64,000 nucleotides of DNA from Eledone cirrhosa (taxonomy: Eukaryota), in the NCBI GenBank assembly GCA_964016885.1, contig OZ024741.1:225742001-225806000 (forward strand), in the 5' to 3' direction. The stretch's first letter is position 1; each line of letters starts with the position of its first letter. Below the pieces are notes generated by a model. That model made no database searches, was not told the origin of the DNA, and saw only the letters and a list, made by a program, of their open reading frames with translations. Of this stretch, positions 1 through 14,714 are shown one piece after another. The translations under genes and the position numbers were made by a program.

Positions 1-744
1 AGAAAAAGTTAATATGTATTAAGAATGATATTAAGGGTTTAATAATATGTGCGATGGAAAGAAAATGTTGATATGTATTATTAAAAAGAATAACAGGTAG
101 TTTAAGTAAGGATATATTGTGAGATGAGCATGAATGAGTTAGATGAAAGGGAGAAAAAAATAATGAATTGAGGATGAATAATCTAACGTCAAAAAAATGT
201 TTTCTATCTGCTTGCATAAATTCCACAAAACATTCCACAAAGTATACAGCTAATATTCTTTATCAATTTAGAATCTTTTTCTCAAAGGCACATATATATA
301 TATACACTTCTTTAAAAATATACCCATCTTTCTACCTTATTTCAAAGGTTATTATACATTCTATAATACTTGTTACTCATTCTATATATCGCTCCTATTT
401 ATCACTTCCCTTTTTTCTCTTTTTCTTTTAATGTCTAAACCCTAATCTGTACCTTTTCTCACTGTTGCCTAACATAGAATCAATTATTACATAATACAAT
501 ACATTCTTACTCTATATCACCTTGTAAAAATCCTTCGTAAACAAACATTTTTTTGACGTTAGATTATTCATCCTCAATTCATTATTTTTTTCTCCCTTTC
601 ATCTAACTCATTCATGCTCATCTCACAATATATCCTTACTTAAACTACCTGTTATTCTTTTTAATAATACATATCAATATTTTCTTTCCATCGCACATAT
701 TATTAAACCCTTAATATCATTCTTAATACATATTAACTTTTTCT
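1..744. repeat. Fold-back inverted repeat (1-202 vs 543-744), part of a probable PLE-type UTR insertion ending at (TA)n near 1360
   Basis: 1-202 is the near-perfect reverse complement of 543-744. It runs into a ~60-bp tandem repeat (about 680-890), with an HHR at 1256. Confidence 0.75.
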
Positions 745-1255
745 TTTCCATCACACATGTTATTAAACCCTTAAATATTATTCTTAATACATATTAACAT
801 TTTCTTTTCATCGCACATGTTATTAAACCCTTAAATATTATTCTTAATACATATTAACATTTTCTTTTCATCGCACATATGATTAAACCCCTCAATATAC
901 AAACCTTAACTTTACATTATTTTTCTCTTCGTTAATTTTCAAATTCTTTTAATTTATACATTATCTTCCAACGGTTTTCAACCTCTCTATGTAAAACAAT
1001 ATATCTTTCTCAGTTATAAAAGCTATCTCTCTCTCTCTATCACCCATCTCTCCTCCTATCTCATCCTTCCTCATTATACTCCTCCCTCTCCACTTTTTGC
1101 TCTCATCTCCTCCTCTTTTTCATCCTTTCCACCCCCCCCCCTCAAATAAATATTTTTTTCCCAATATCACACATCAATCTAAAACTACTTTTCATATGTT
1201 GATTTAAAACTGCACTATCCACAAGTGTTTTTTAACCTTCATATCATGTCTTTCT

Positions 1256-1324
1256 GTTTTATCTGATGAATGCACAAATATTATTGCATGATGATATTTG
1301 TTTTTGAAATGCGCATAATAAAAT
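1256..1324 (+). ncRNA. Type I hammerhead ribozyme-like motif (GAAAU/AUA variant, palindromic stem III)
   Basis: gttttat-CTGATGA-[stem II caaatattat/atgatatttg]-GAAAT-gcgc-ATA-ataaaat. Stem I is ttttat/ataaaa and stem III is the palindrome ATGCGCAT. Confidence 0.6.
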
Positions 1325-1819
1325 ACATGGAACTCTTTTAACCATCTTTTGTTCTTATATTATATATATATATATATATATATATGTATTTATGTATACA
1401 TTTCTTGAAGGCCTCAGCGACCTCATTTTTCGGAGTTCGGTTGTTGGTGGATGTAATGTCGTAGTGCTGCACGTGTTGCTTTGTGATATCTCTTACCATC
1501 GCCTGGATCATAGATATGACTTTGGCCATCCCCCTCCCTGCCACTTAAGAATCGCCTTTATTTCTGTGTGTATATATATAAGGCATATTGTTCCCACGTG
1601 TGTGCGGGTTCAGAGAGGCATATACACACTTGTACGCCTACACACCAACCCGAAATCAGCCTCTGTAATACCTTACACTGGTCAGACACATCACGACTTT
1701 CATATCCCCAACAGTCATACATACATACATACATACATACATACATACATAGATACATACATACATACATACATACATACATACATACATACATACATAC
1801 ATACATACATACATACATA

Positions 1820-3793
<1,974 letters not shown>

Positions 3794-4071
3794 ATACATA
3801 CATACATACATACATACATACATACATAATTACATACGTACGCACATACATACATATACAAGGTACACACACAAGAATTATAGCTCCTTTGTAGTTCTCT
3901 TATATGGGAATGATAAAACTACTCTATAAAAATTACACGCGTGTTTAGCTCCTGAAACAATTCCACGTCTCCTATTTATTACACTGCTTCCCTTCCTACA
4001 TCTATCTTTCGATAAAGGACAAACATCAGAGACTTTACGATTATTTTCCTACAATATCAAGCATTAAACTA

Positions 4072-4102
<31 letters not shown>

Positions 4103-4418
4103 ATAAAAATATAAAATGTGTGTGGTAGAAACATTTTAAGCATTCTTGAATTATGAAGTTCACATTTTCTGAATTCTGATTTTATATTAATTTATTCTTC
4201 ATGAAATCGTTCACATAAGCAATGCTAAATTTACATAAACCAATATCATTTTCAAATAAGCTTCTTATAAAATATAATTATCAGCTTTAGTCACAAGAGT
4301 TATTTTCATGAATTTATGATACAGAAATATTTGAATTCATAAAATTTAAAATGCAGTATATATGCAATGCAAATTTAACACAAACACAGATCCTATACAC
4401 ACACACACACACACACGC

Positions 4419-4534
<116 letters not shown>

Positions 4535-4617
4535 AAATATATGTGTATATATATATGTATATATATTTATATATATATTTATATATAGATATGTATATAT
4601 ATATAATATATATATAT

Positions 4618-5340
4618 AAACGGAAAAAATGAAACGAAATTTCATTTCCCACTCTTAGTACGGCTATTACTTAAATATAACTATGTATACGTACATACAT
4701 ATATGTATACTGACGTACAGTACTATGTATATATATATATACATACATGCACACATATATACATGTACGTATGGATTCACCGGGATGTTTGTTTACAAAC
4801 ACTCCGAGCATTATAATAAATGTTCGGTGAATCCATACGTACATGTATATATGTGTGTATATACATACTATTGTACGTCTGTATACATATATGTATGTAC
4901 GTATACATACTTATATTTAAGTAACAGCCGTACTAAGAGTGAGAAATGAAATTTCGTTTCATTTTTTCCGTTTATCGTTTTCGGTGCACCCGGCCGATTA
5001 ACCCACTCGATATGCAAATTGGGCTACTCAGCCGTTAATATGCATAAAGAAAGTATATACTTTCAGACGTTCAATCATCTGGCAGGAAGGTATACGTTGC
5101 TGACGATAGCTAATAAGCTTGAAACTAGTACAGCGTTCCTTTGTCAGTGTTGAACAAACGAGCAACGATGGTTACTAGACACTACGGCTTAATACGGGAT
5201 GTGTGTTTACAAACACACCGAGCATTATATTAAATGTTCGGTGAATCCATACGTACATGTATATATGTGTGCATGTATGTATGTATATATACATACTACT
5301 GTACGTCTGTATACATATATGTATGTACGTATACATACTT
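4618..5340 (+). mobile_element. HHR-bearing retrozyme-like element, subfamily B (~414-bp period), inverted 5' piece plus >1 unit, in (TA)n
   Basis: 4618-4781 is the reverse complement of part of the unit. The direct repeat gggatgt.tgtttacaaac occurs at 4782 and 5196. HHR at 5094-5136. Confidence 0.75.
5094..5136 (+). ncRNA. Minimal type I hammerhead ribozyme
   Basis: acgttg-CTGACGA-tagc taataa gctt-GAAAC-ta-GTA-cagcgt. The core is complete and stem III is the palindrome ACTAGT. Confidence 0.8.
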
Positions 5341-5659
5341 ATATATATATATATATATATATATAAATTGAAACAAAATGAAAATGAAATTTCATTTCTC
5401 ACTCTTAGTATGGCACTTACTTAAATGTAAGTATGCATGTATACGTACATACATATATGTATACAGGCGTACAGTAGCATGCACATATATATATATATAT
5501 ATATACATATATACATACAGGTACACATACATATATGCACGTATCAGTTTAGCGGCGCTAACGTCGCTTTGTTCGTTTGTAAACAAACTGAACAGCCTGA
5601 ATTTATGCCATACGGTGTTAAGGCAACCACGTCACCTTTTTGTTCAACACTGACACAGG

Positions 5660-5704
5660 AACGATGTACTAGTTTCAAGCTTGTTAGCTATCATCAGCAC
5701 CGTT
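5660..5704 (-). ncRNA. Minimal type I hammerhead ribozyme (array copy)
   Basis: The minus strand reads aacggtg-CTGATGA-tagc taacaa gctt-GAAAC-ta-GTA-catcgtt. Confidence 0.82.
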
Positions 5705-6129
5705 TACCCATCTGCCAGATAGTTGAACGTTCGAAAGTATATACTTTCCTTATGAAAATTAACGGCTGAGCAGCCTAATTTGCATATTGAGTGAGTTAAA
5801 TCGGTCAGGCATACCGAAAACGATAAATTGAAACAAAATGAAAATGAAATTTCATTTCTCACTCTTAGTATGGCACTTACTTAAATGTAAGTATGCATGT
5901 ATACGTACATACATATATGTATACAGGCGTACAGTAGCATGCACATATATATATATATATATATACATATATACATACATGTGCATACAGGTACACATAC
6001 ATATATGCACGTATCAGTTTAGCGGCGCTAACGTCGCTTTGTTCGTTTGTAAACAAACTGAACAGCCTGAATTTATGCCATACGGTGTTAAGGCAACCAC
6101 GTCACCTTTTTGTTCAACACTGACACAGG

Positions 6130-6174
6130 AACGATGTACTAGTTTCAAGCTTGTTAGCTATCATCAGCACCGTT
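6130..6174 (-). ncRNA. Minimal type I hammerhead ribozyme (array copy)
   Basis: Identical to 5660-5704, 470 bp away. Confidence 0.82.
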
Positions 6175-6680
6175 TACCCATCTGCCAGATAGTTGAACGT
6201 TCGAAAGTATATACTTTCCTTATGAAAATTAACGGCTGAGCAGCCTAATTTGCATATTGAGTGAGTTAAATCGGTCAGGCATACCGAAAACGATAAATTG
6301 AAACAAAATGAAAATGAAATTTCATTTCTCACTCTTAGTATGGCACTTACTTAAATGTAAGTATGCATGTATACGTACATACATATATGTATACAGGCGT
6401 ACAGTAGCATGCACATATATATATATATATATATACATATATACATACATGTGCATACAGGTACACATACATATATGTACGTATACATGCATACTTACAT
6501 TTAAGTAAGTGCCATACTAAGAGTGAGAAATGAAATTTCATTTTCATTTTGTTTCAATTTATCGTTTTCGGTATGCCTGACCGATTTAACTCACTCAATA
6601 TGCAAATTAGGCTGCTCAGCCGTTAATTTTCATAAGGAAAGTATATACTTTCGAACGTTCAACTATCTGGCAGATGGGTA

Positions 6681-6725
6681 AACGGTGCTGATGATAGCTA
6701 ACAAGCTTGAAACTAGTACATCGTT
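6681..6725 (+). ncRNA. Minimal type I hammerhead ribozyme (array copy); predicted cleavage after 6718
   Basis: aacggtg-CTGATGA-tagc taacaa gctt-GAAAC-ta-GTA-catcgtt, with a 7-bp stem I containing one G.U pair. Confidence 0.82.
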
Positions 6726-7150
6726 CCTGTGTCAGTGTTGAACAAAAAGGTGACGTGGTTGCCTTAACACCGTATGGCATAAATTCAGGCTGTTCAGTTT
6801 GTTTACAAACGAACAAAGCGACGTTAGCGCCGCTAAACTGATACGTGCATATATGTATGTGTACCTGTATGCACATGTATGTATATATGTATATATATAT
6901 ATATATATATGTGCATGCTACTGTACGCCTGTATACATATATGTATGTACGTATACATGCATACTTACATTTAAGTAAGTGCCATACTAAGAGTGAGAAA
7001 TGAAATTTCATTTTCATTTTGTTTCAATTTATCGTTTTCGGTATGCCTGACCGATTTAACTCACTCAATATGCAAATTAGGCTGCTCAGCCGTTAATTTT
7101 CATAAGGAAAGTATATACTTTCGAACGTTCAACTATCTGGCAGATGGGTA

Positions 7151-7195
7151 AACGGTGCTGATGATAGCTAACAAGCTTGAAACTAGTACATCGTT
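7151..7195 (+). ncRNA. Minimal type I hammerhead ribozyme (array copy); predicted cleavage after 7188
   Basis: Identical motif, 470 bp after 6681. Confidence 0.82.
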
Positions 7196-7612
7196 CCTGT
7201 GTCAGTGTTGAACAAAAAGGTGACGTGGTTGCCTTAACACCGTATGGCATAAATTCTGGCTGTTCAGTTTGTTTACAAACGAACAAAGCGACGTTAGCGC
7301 CGCTAAACTGATACGTGCATATATGTATGTGTACCTGTATGCACATGTATGTATATATGTATATATATATATGTGCATGCTACTGTACGCCTGTATACAT
7401 ATATGTATGTACGTATACATGCATACTTACATTTAAGTAAGTGCCATACTAAGAGTGAGAAATGAAATTTCATTTTCATTTTGTTTCAATTTATCGTTTT
7501 CGGTATGCCTGACCGATTTAACTCACTCAATATGCAAATTAGGCTGCTCAGCCGTTAATTTTCATAAGGAAAGTATATACTTTCGAACGTTCAACTATCT
7601 GGCAGATGGGTA

Positions 7613-7657
7613 AACGGTGCTGATGATAGCTAACAAGCTTGAAACTAGTACATCGTT
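7613..7657 (+). ncRNA. Minimal type I hammerhead ribozyme (array copy); predicted cleavage after 7650
   Basis: Identical motif, 462 bp after 7151 (shorter internal TA tract). Confidence 0.82.
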
Positions 7658-7945
7658 CCTGTGTCAGTGTTGAACAAAAAGGTGACGTGGTTGCCTTAAC
7701 ACCGTATGGCATAAATTCAGGCTGTTCAGTTTGTTTACAAACGAACAAAGCGACGTTAGCGCCGCTAAACTGATACGTGCATATATGTATGTGTACCTGT
7801 ATGCACATGTATGTATATATGTATATATATATATATATATATGTGCATGCTACTGTACGCCTGTATACATATATGTATGTACGTATACATGCATACTTAC
7901 ATATATATATATATATATATATATATTATCTATTTATATATATCT

Positions 7946-8002
<57 letters not shown>

Positions 8003-9876
8003 TATATATACACATATATATATATATGTGTATATGTTTGTGTGTGTCTGTATATATATATGCATATGTATGTATAAATATGCATATGTATCTATATATA
8101 TATGTATATATATATCTAAACTTACTTAAATAATAACCCAAGCGCCCTTTCTTTCTCTCACACACACAAATATACACATATACACGCGCATCTATACATA
8201 TACGGAAGATAAAAGCATATATGGAATGGGTAACACACAACAGACTATTATGTATTCGCTCGAGTATGCTTTGACGCACATTGTGTGTGTGCGTGTACAC
8301 TTTCACTCGCTCACACGCCCTGCGTATGAGCGCATGCACGCACGTACTCTGACCATTGAGAGTTAATACGACATGGAAAATTGTTTAAATCTGTATTAAT
8401 TTGGAAGTAACATCGTGAATTGTTCTCTTGTCAAGGAAATAGAAAGTTATCTGAATACTCGAATCCAGCCTTCGTATGGTATAATCGTTTAGATGAGAAA
8501 TCTACGTGTAACCAGTAGATTATTAAACGACCCAGAGAAAGAGTTAAGAACATTCTGGAAACAGATCAAATTGTGAGTGCTAAGACGGTAAACTAAATAG
8601 AGTTGTTAGAGATCTCCCACCTGTCACAAACTATAAATGATTTATTTTGCAAGAAGACTTGAAATATTGGTGTAACTTGATTTTTATACTGAAAATGTTG
8701 TTGTTGTTGCTGTTATGTTTAGTCAAAGGCAGACCTACGATCAGAGATTTATTTTTAAATAGATAGAGTGTATCAAAGACTTATTTAATGCTTTTTCCTT
8801 TTCTCATATGTAAAACTGATCTGAGTGATATTTGGCTGTTATTTCTAGCAGATTAAATGAACATACAGATGCGTCTTCGTTCTTTTGTTTTTATATAGTT
8901 GTTTTTATATTGTTGTTGTTGTTGTTGAAATTGTTACCTAACCAGGTATCAGCTGTGATTGAGTATTTCAACCAAGACTTTGCCATCTTTTTCTACACAT
9001 GCTGTATCTACGATTAGATTATCCAATGTATTCTTTCGTATCGTTAAGTATAAGAAACTTAGTATAAGATGAAATTATATATGTCATTCGCAGGGAAAGG
9101 TGCATTCTATTAAATCAAATCCGGGTGGATTAAATGAAAAATAGGCTTAAGTGAGGTGAACTGCGAACATAAATGTTCGAACATATTACTGCACGACATT
9201 TGTTTTATAACTCTTCTGATTTTGGCGTCCTCCAATATTAATAATAATGGTTTCTGACATGAGAACACACACACACATACACACACATACACAGACACAC
9301 ACACGTACAGGTATACACTAAGTTCGACCACCCCTACCCACAAGAGAATACAACACTGCTTCTACACTGCACTGTACTAACGAACCAAAGGTGAGAGAGA
9401 AAATAGTTATTTTAAGATTATTTATTTCGAATTCACCGCCAAAACCACATGTCTATAGCGAAATTTACTGCTAGAACACACCCGCTGAGGCTATAGAACG
9501 CAACACTTGTTGACGAAGTAAATCCTTTGTTTTGTCGTCAAAGACAGACCCCTGCAAGCGGAATTAGTCGATCTCGGATTTAGCGTGGATGTTGTATGTT
9601 ATATGTGATGTATATCGTACGCTATACGATATGCATTGTGTGTTGCATTCGGTCTCCGCGTGATGGTCCAGGTCAGTCAAAAATCTTTTTCGTTGCTATG
9701 GCAATGCGGCTGGACTGCCGATCGCTATATTTGATTTGCAAAGCTGTCTAAACGTATTGTTATAACCCTGGGGTATTATTCTCCATCGAGTGCTAAAGCT
9801 ACATTCTGAATTTGCATTCGTTATCTTAGCCACAGCCTAAAGCTACGTTAATGCTGTACTAAAATTTATATATATG

Positions 9877-9976
<100 letters not shown>

Positions 9977-11493
9977 ATGCTATCATTGTTCAGTTCCCAT
10001 AGAAACAAAAGTGGTTGTGATATTTATCGAGCATCTTTATTGCTTTAATCTAACAGTCATCATTGGAATGTATGATAATTGAATAAATTAAATAAATTAC
10101 GCGGAACATTCGAGAAATATCAATATATTGTTTTCTCTCGGCTAAATCCTGCCAGAGTCAGACTCGTTATGGTAATCAGATTATCTGTAGAATGCGAGAC
10201 CAAATTATTAATTTCTCATATATCAATACAGGGTTGGTTAACATAAGATAAACTTGGTTATAATAATGATTAACAAAAATAATAAATATATTACGTGGTG
10301 CAGAGCTTAAAAAAGTAGAGCTTATATTAGTATTTAAAATTGTCCAACATAACTCTAGGCTCGAATCTACTCAAAGTAGTGTTGATATTAAAGAGAGATT
10401 GAAAAGTTAGTAGAGTTTTGGGCCGGATACATTAGGTGAAAGAAAAGCAAAGTGTTGAATACTCATTTCCTACATACTGGTCCAAAAGGAACGGCCCAGT
10501 TTCGCGACATGTGAGATGAAGTTCCATGCTGGAATATGAAAGAAAACTCATATGGTTAACCGTAAAGGTCAGCCAGTGAGGGTGCTTTATAAGCGTTCAC
10601 ATAACTGTATAGAAATGGCAGCCAGAACTACTTCAAAGTTGTACACGCAATCATCTTGAAATATTAAATAATGTAGTTCGAGATACTCCTAAAAAGGTAG
10701 GACAGCACACGTTGAGACGATTTTGGTAACATATATGCTTGATCAGGATACACAACGACTGTTTATAATGTTTTAAAATATTTCCTTTTTTCCTTTCTAA
10801 ATCCATAGTTCAAATTCCACCAAAGTCAGTTCGATAAATAATTTTATCACTCTCAGTCAATTATGAAGTTACAGAATCCAGCAATGCACCTAGACAAGAT
10901 CAACTTTGTCTTTCACTTTTCCAAGGTCGATAAGTACCATTCCAGTATCGGGATTGATTATTCCTCCATATCTCTTTTTTACTTCCCTTCATGCTCCATA
11001 TCTTTTTCTCACTTCCCTTCACTCACTGTCTCTCTCTTTCTTGGGGAAAAATCCAGAGAGATGGGTTCCGCCAGGTTTTAAAAAAATCCCCAATACTCGC
11101 TGCATGTCACGATGGCGCCTCTACGACTCCATCAAAAGTTACGGGTACATAAATCAATACGGTTAGAACATTAAATCTACTCTACACTTTTTCCTTCAAC
11201 ACCTACTGATGTTCATAAGTACACAATCTATATACCAATAAAGAATTAATTAGATTTTGTCATATTTTGAAATAAAACTAATTGTATGTACTTAGCTCTT
11301 GTTTTGGGATTTTATTAACATTTGAAAACTGTTTAAAGAACATCAATATATGGCGGACAAATCGATCACTTACTTATTGATTTTTTCAGCCGTATAATAT
11401 AAAATACTATTGATTAGAGAGGTTTTCATTTCATTTTATCTTTTTATTTTTTTCGGAATCCATCATATCCATGATTTTAGTTAAGATGTGTAT

Positions 11494-11905
11494 CTTCTTC
11501 TTCTTCTTCTTCTTCTTCTTCTTCTTCTTCTGAGGCGCCCCTTGTTAACCCGTATGAAGGACGATGCGACAGCACACTTTTTCTTACATCTCACCATATT
11601 GCCGTTTTGGTAGTCTTATTCACGCCAGTTACCAATCTGGTCGTTTCTCAAACCCGAGAAGACAAGGCTTTTTTAGAGGAGGCCTTTACTCGTCTCGCCA
11701 TAGTACATCACTGTGTTGTGAGAGTTTTCTTGGGAGTTAGAGGCGCCACCCATTGCTCAATTTCCCCTAGTAATTTACTGCTGTTGATTCGGGGTTACTT
11801 ATTCGTCCAGCCCCTGTCCAGTTATATCGCAACTAACCATCATATCTGGTGACCTATCTCTATTCGCCACATGCGACCCGTTCTCCAGCAGAACAACTCT
11901 GCCGA
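11494..11905 (-). mobile_element. Degenerate LINE 3' end with (GAA)n tail
   Basis: A more GC-rich segment ends in a pure (GAA)n run on the minus strand. No clear ORF. Confidence 0.35.
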
Positions 11906-12119
11906 AAAAAAACAGCTCTATTCATAAAATTAAGTGGCTGAAACACGTGTGTTCGTAACGTAATTCTCGGGGAGATTTAGTGTGTCACATTGGGTAAGAG
12001 GGTTGGCCCTTTGAATTACAGGCACCTTCCATCCGACTAACTTCTGAACTGTTTCTGTCTACTCAGGTTTACTCACAAGTCACGTGTCGACACTAGGCGA
12101 TGGTGAATGACACTTGCCC

Positions 12120-12713
12120 AATATTAACCATCTTAATAAAATAAGACAAGCAATACTGGAAGAAAGTTCCTTCATCAAAAGATTTCTACTTCCCATCCCC
12201 TTTCTCCCCCTCTCTCTCTGTGCTCCCTTACCACTTAACCCTCCCCCTCTCACTTCTGTTTTCCTTCGTCTTCCCTCTTTGCGCCTATTCTCGCTAAGAT
12301 CAGACGTGTTTCTCTTTGCTCCCTCTCATGCTGTTAATAAGGTTTCAGGGCTTAAACTCGGTCTCCTTTTTAACTTCTTCCTCTCTCCCATTGGTTACTG
12401 CTCCTTATATGTACCACTGTCTCGTGTTTTCCCCCTCTCTATCGTTTTCTTTTTTCTGTTTTTTTTCTTCTGCTTATTTTCTTTTTCTGTCGTTTTCTTC
12501 GCTATCGTCTCTGTTTTTTGTTATTATTTCCTTCCGCAATATCTACCTCGTAGTTATTAACGCACTGTGGTGAGATGTACTGTCTTTAATGCGTGGAAAC
12601 ATCAGCGACCCACAGCAGACAACCGAAGAGCGGGAATTTGTCTTTATGTTTGTGTTTCTCATACATTTTTTAAACAATATTTATTAGGAACCACACAACA
12701 CCTTTGTCACTTT

Positions 12714-12759
<46 letters not shown>

Positions 12760-12870
12760 TTAATATATAAATAAGTATTATATTTTTTGATACCCAGATT
12801 CCTGATGATTTCTAAAGAATGAAACAGTTCTAGTCCTGTAGAATCTCATCTATATTAAAACTTTTATACT
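12120..12870 (+). mobile_element. Penelope-like element 3' remnant (GIY-YIG C-terminal end, pyrimidine-rich UTR, HHR)
   Basis: LNKIRQAILEESSFIKRFL resembles the R..E..FI..F.P end of PLE GIY-YIG domains. A canonical HHR lies ~600 bp downstream. Confidence 0.5.
12796..12846 (+). ncRNA. Type I hammerhead ribozyme
   Basis: agattc-CTGATGA-tttc taaa gaat-GAAAC-ag ttctagtc ct-GTA-gaatct, with a perfect 6-bp stem I and stem III acag/ctgt. Confidence 0.78.
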
Positions 12871-12928
12871 CTGCAATGTATTGGGTACCTTACTTACTGT
12901 GGTTACCTCCGATTCAACCCGGAATAAA

Positions 12929-13251
<323 letters not shown>

Positions 13252-13469
13252 AATAGCCGATTATGTCAGAGTCGACTAAACTGCGATTTGAATACAGAAC
13301 GCACGGGGACATAAAAAAATAGGACGCTATACCAATTCTGAAAGAAATCAAGGACTATGGCTCATATTGAAGCTGACGCAATTGTCGTGGAATTGGCAGT
13401 GCCGATAGAATGTTTTTTTTTTAACAATTATTTTCTGCTCTCTGGGCCCTCTGAGTTCAAATTCTGCCG

Positions 13470-13645
13470 ATGCTTTGACAAAATCGATAGAGGGTCAGAC
13501 GCAGCAAAGAGTTACGTCCCTTTATGGTCTGAGTTAAAATCCGCCGGAGTTAACTTTGCCTTTCATCCTTACGGGGTGGATAAAATAAAGTACCAGTAAT
13601 ACAGTGAATAATTGCTGGCCTTGTGCAAAAAGTAGAAACAATTAT
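13470..13645 (+). mobile_element. tRNA-derived SINE with Meta-like central domain
   Basis: B-box-like gagttaaaatcc, then gcctttcatccttacggggtggataaaataaagtaccag, tail gtagaaacaattat. Family copies at 19004, 23105, 34108, 49701 and 50834. Confidence 0.7.
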
Positions 13646-14466
13646 TTTGAAGTCGATGAAAAGTACCAGTGAAGTACTGGAGCGATTCTTATTTTATACC
13701 TCTTTTTCATTTTTTTTTCTCTCATTGTTATTCTGGAAGAAATCGGCATGCGTACTGGCCTAGAGTGTGGATGGGATACTCCAGTTTTAAGTACCTAAGA
13801 CCCAAGACACGCTGTATGTTATGACAGTTCTCCTGCCAATCCATCATTTGTTATGGGTCCATTCGTCCATCTGTCTATCCGTCCGTCCATCTATCCATCC
13901 ATCCATCCATACATACGTACATACATACATATACAAACACACACATACATACACATATATAAAAAAGTTGATGCAGCATAAAATGTTACAACTCCAATGA
14001 TATCTACTTTGTATCAGAGCAAATTTGCAGAATCTATTGAGCGTATAACAAAATATTGTGCAGTATTTATTCCAGTGTTCATATTCCGCTTATGTCGACT
14101 TTGCTTTTTATCCTTTCGGCGTCGATAACAAAGTATCAATTTCAGATTGGCGGAATTCTGAGATGTACAGTCAAGATGTTTGGGAAGCTTGGATAAAATA
14201 TATTTTCATGGGCATTGTATTTCTGTTTCTGTGTGGATGCAGCAAAGCCGAATGTTTAAACATTTTTCTTCACAATTATTAGATCCCCGGCTCGATCCCA
14301 CCACGTGGGATCTTGTGCCAGTATCCTTTACTATAGACTCGGATTGACCCATGTCTTATTAGTGAAACTGGGTATACGGAAATAGTTGAGAAGCTCTTCG
14401 GATCGACTATACCAATCTGAAATTGGTATTTTATGTTATTGACACCAATGTATCACTGTGATGTGT

Positions 14467-14655
14467 CAGGTCACTCTTGAGTGCTACTGGTAACATGTAA
14501 ACCAGTACAACCTGTCGCATGGTCGGGTCGTCGGCGACTAAACTGGCAACACCACCAAGTTTACTTGGTGAGGAGGATTATTTTGAATACCCTGCAGGAC
14601 AAAATCAAAACGTGACAAAGCGCGGAATAACTGATAAGAGTCAACGGCCATCCAA
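14467..14655 (+). mobile_element. Diverged 5' portion of the RTE-derived bipartite element
   Basis: Aligns with 44717-44905 (caggtcac...ctactggtaa...ccagtacaacctgtc...ggcgactaaactggcaac). Confidence 0.7.
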
Positions 14656-14714
14656 AATTGTGTAAATATGTATATACACATGTACATATGTATGTGTATG
14701 TATATACGTGTGTA

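Larger units (their letters stand above)
5363..7902. repeat. Tandem array of ~470-bp HHR-containing units (subfamily A) that inverts at ~6474-6484; candidate non-LTR retrozyme
   Basis: About 2.4 units in one orientation then about 3 in the other, nearly identical, with (TA)n on both flanks. One HHR per complete unit. Confidence 0.88.

Noticed and set aside
5838-7017. Repeated 133-aa ORF (MKMKFHFS...) in the 470-bp unit
   Set aside because: It is antisense to the HHR, crosses a variable TA tract that shifts frame between units, and has no recognisable domain.
5363-7902. Large palindrome as a pure sequencing fold-back artefact
   Set aside because: It is asymmetric, units differ slightly, the outer flanks are not mirrored, and the same architecture recurs in diverged copies. 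It cannot be fully excluded without reads.
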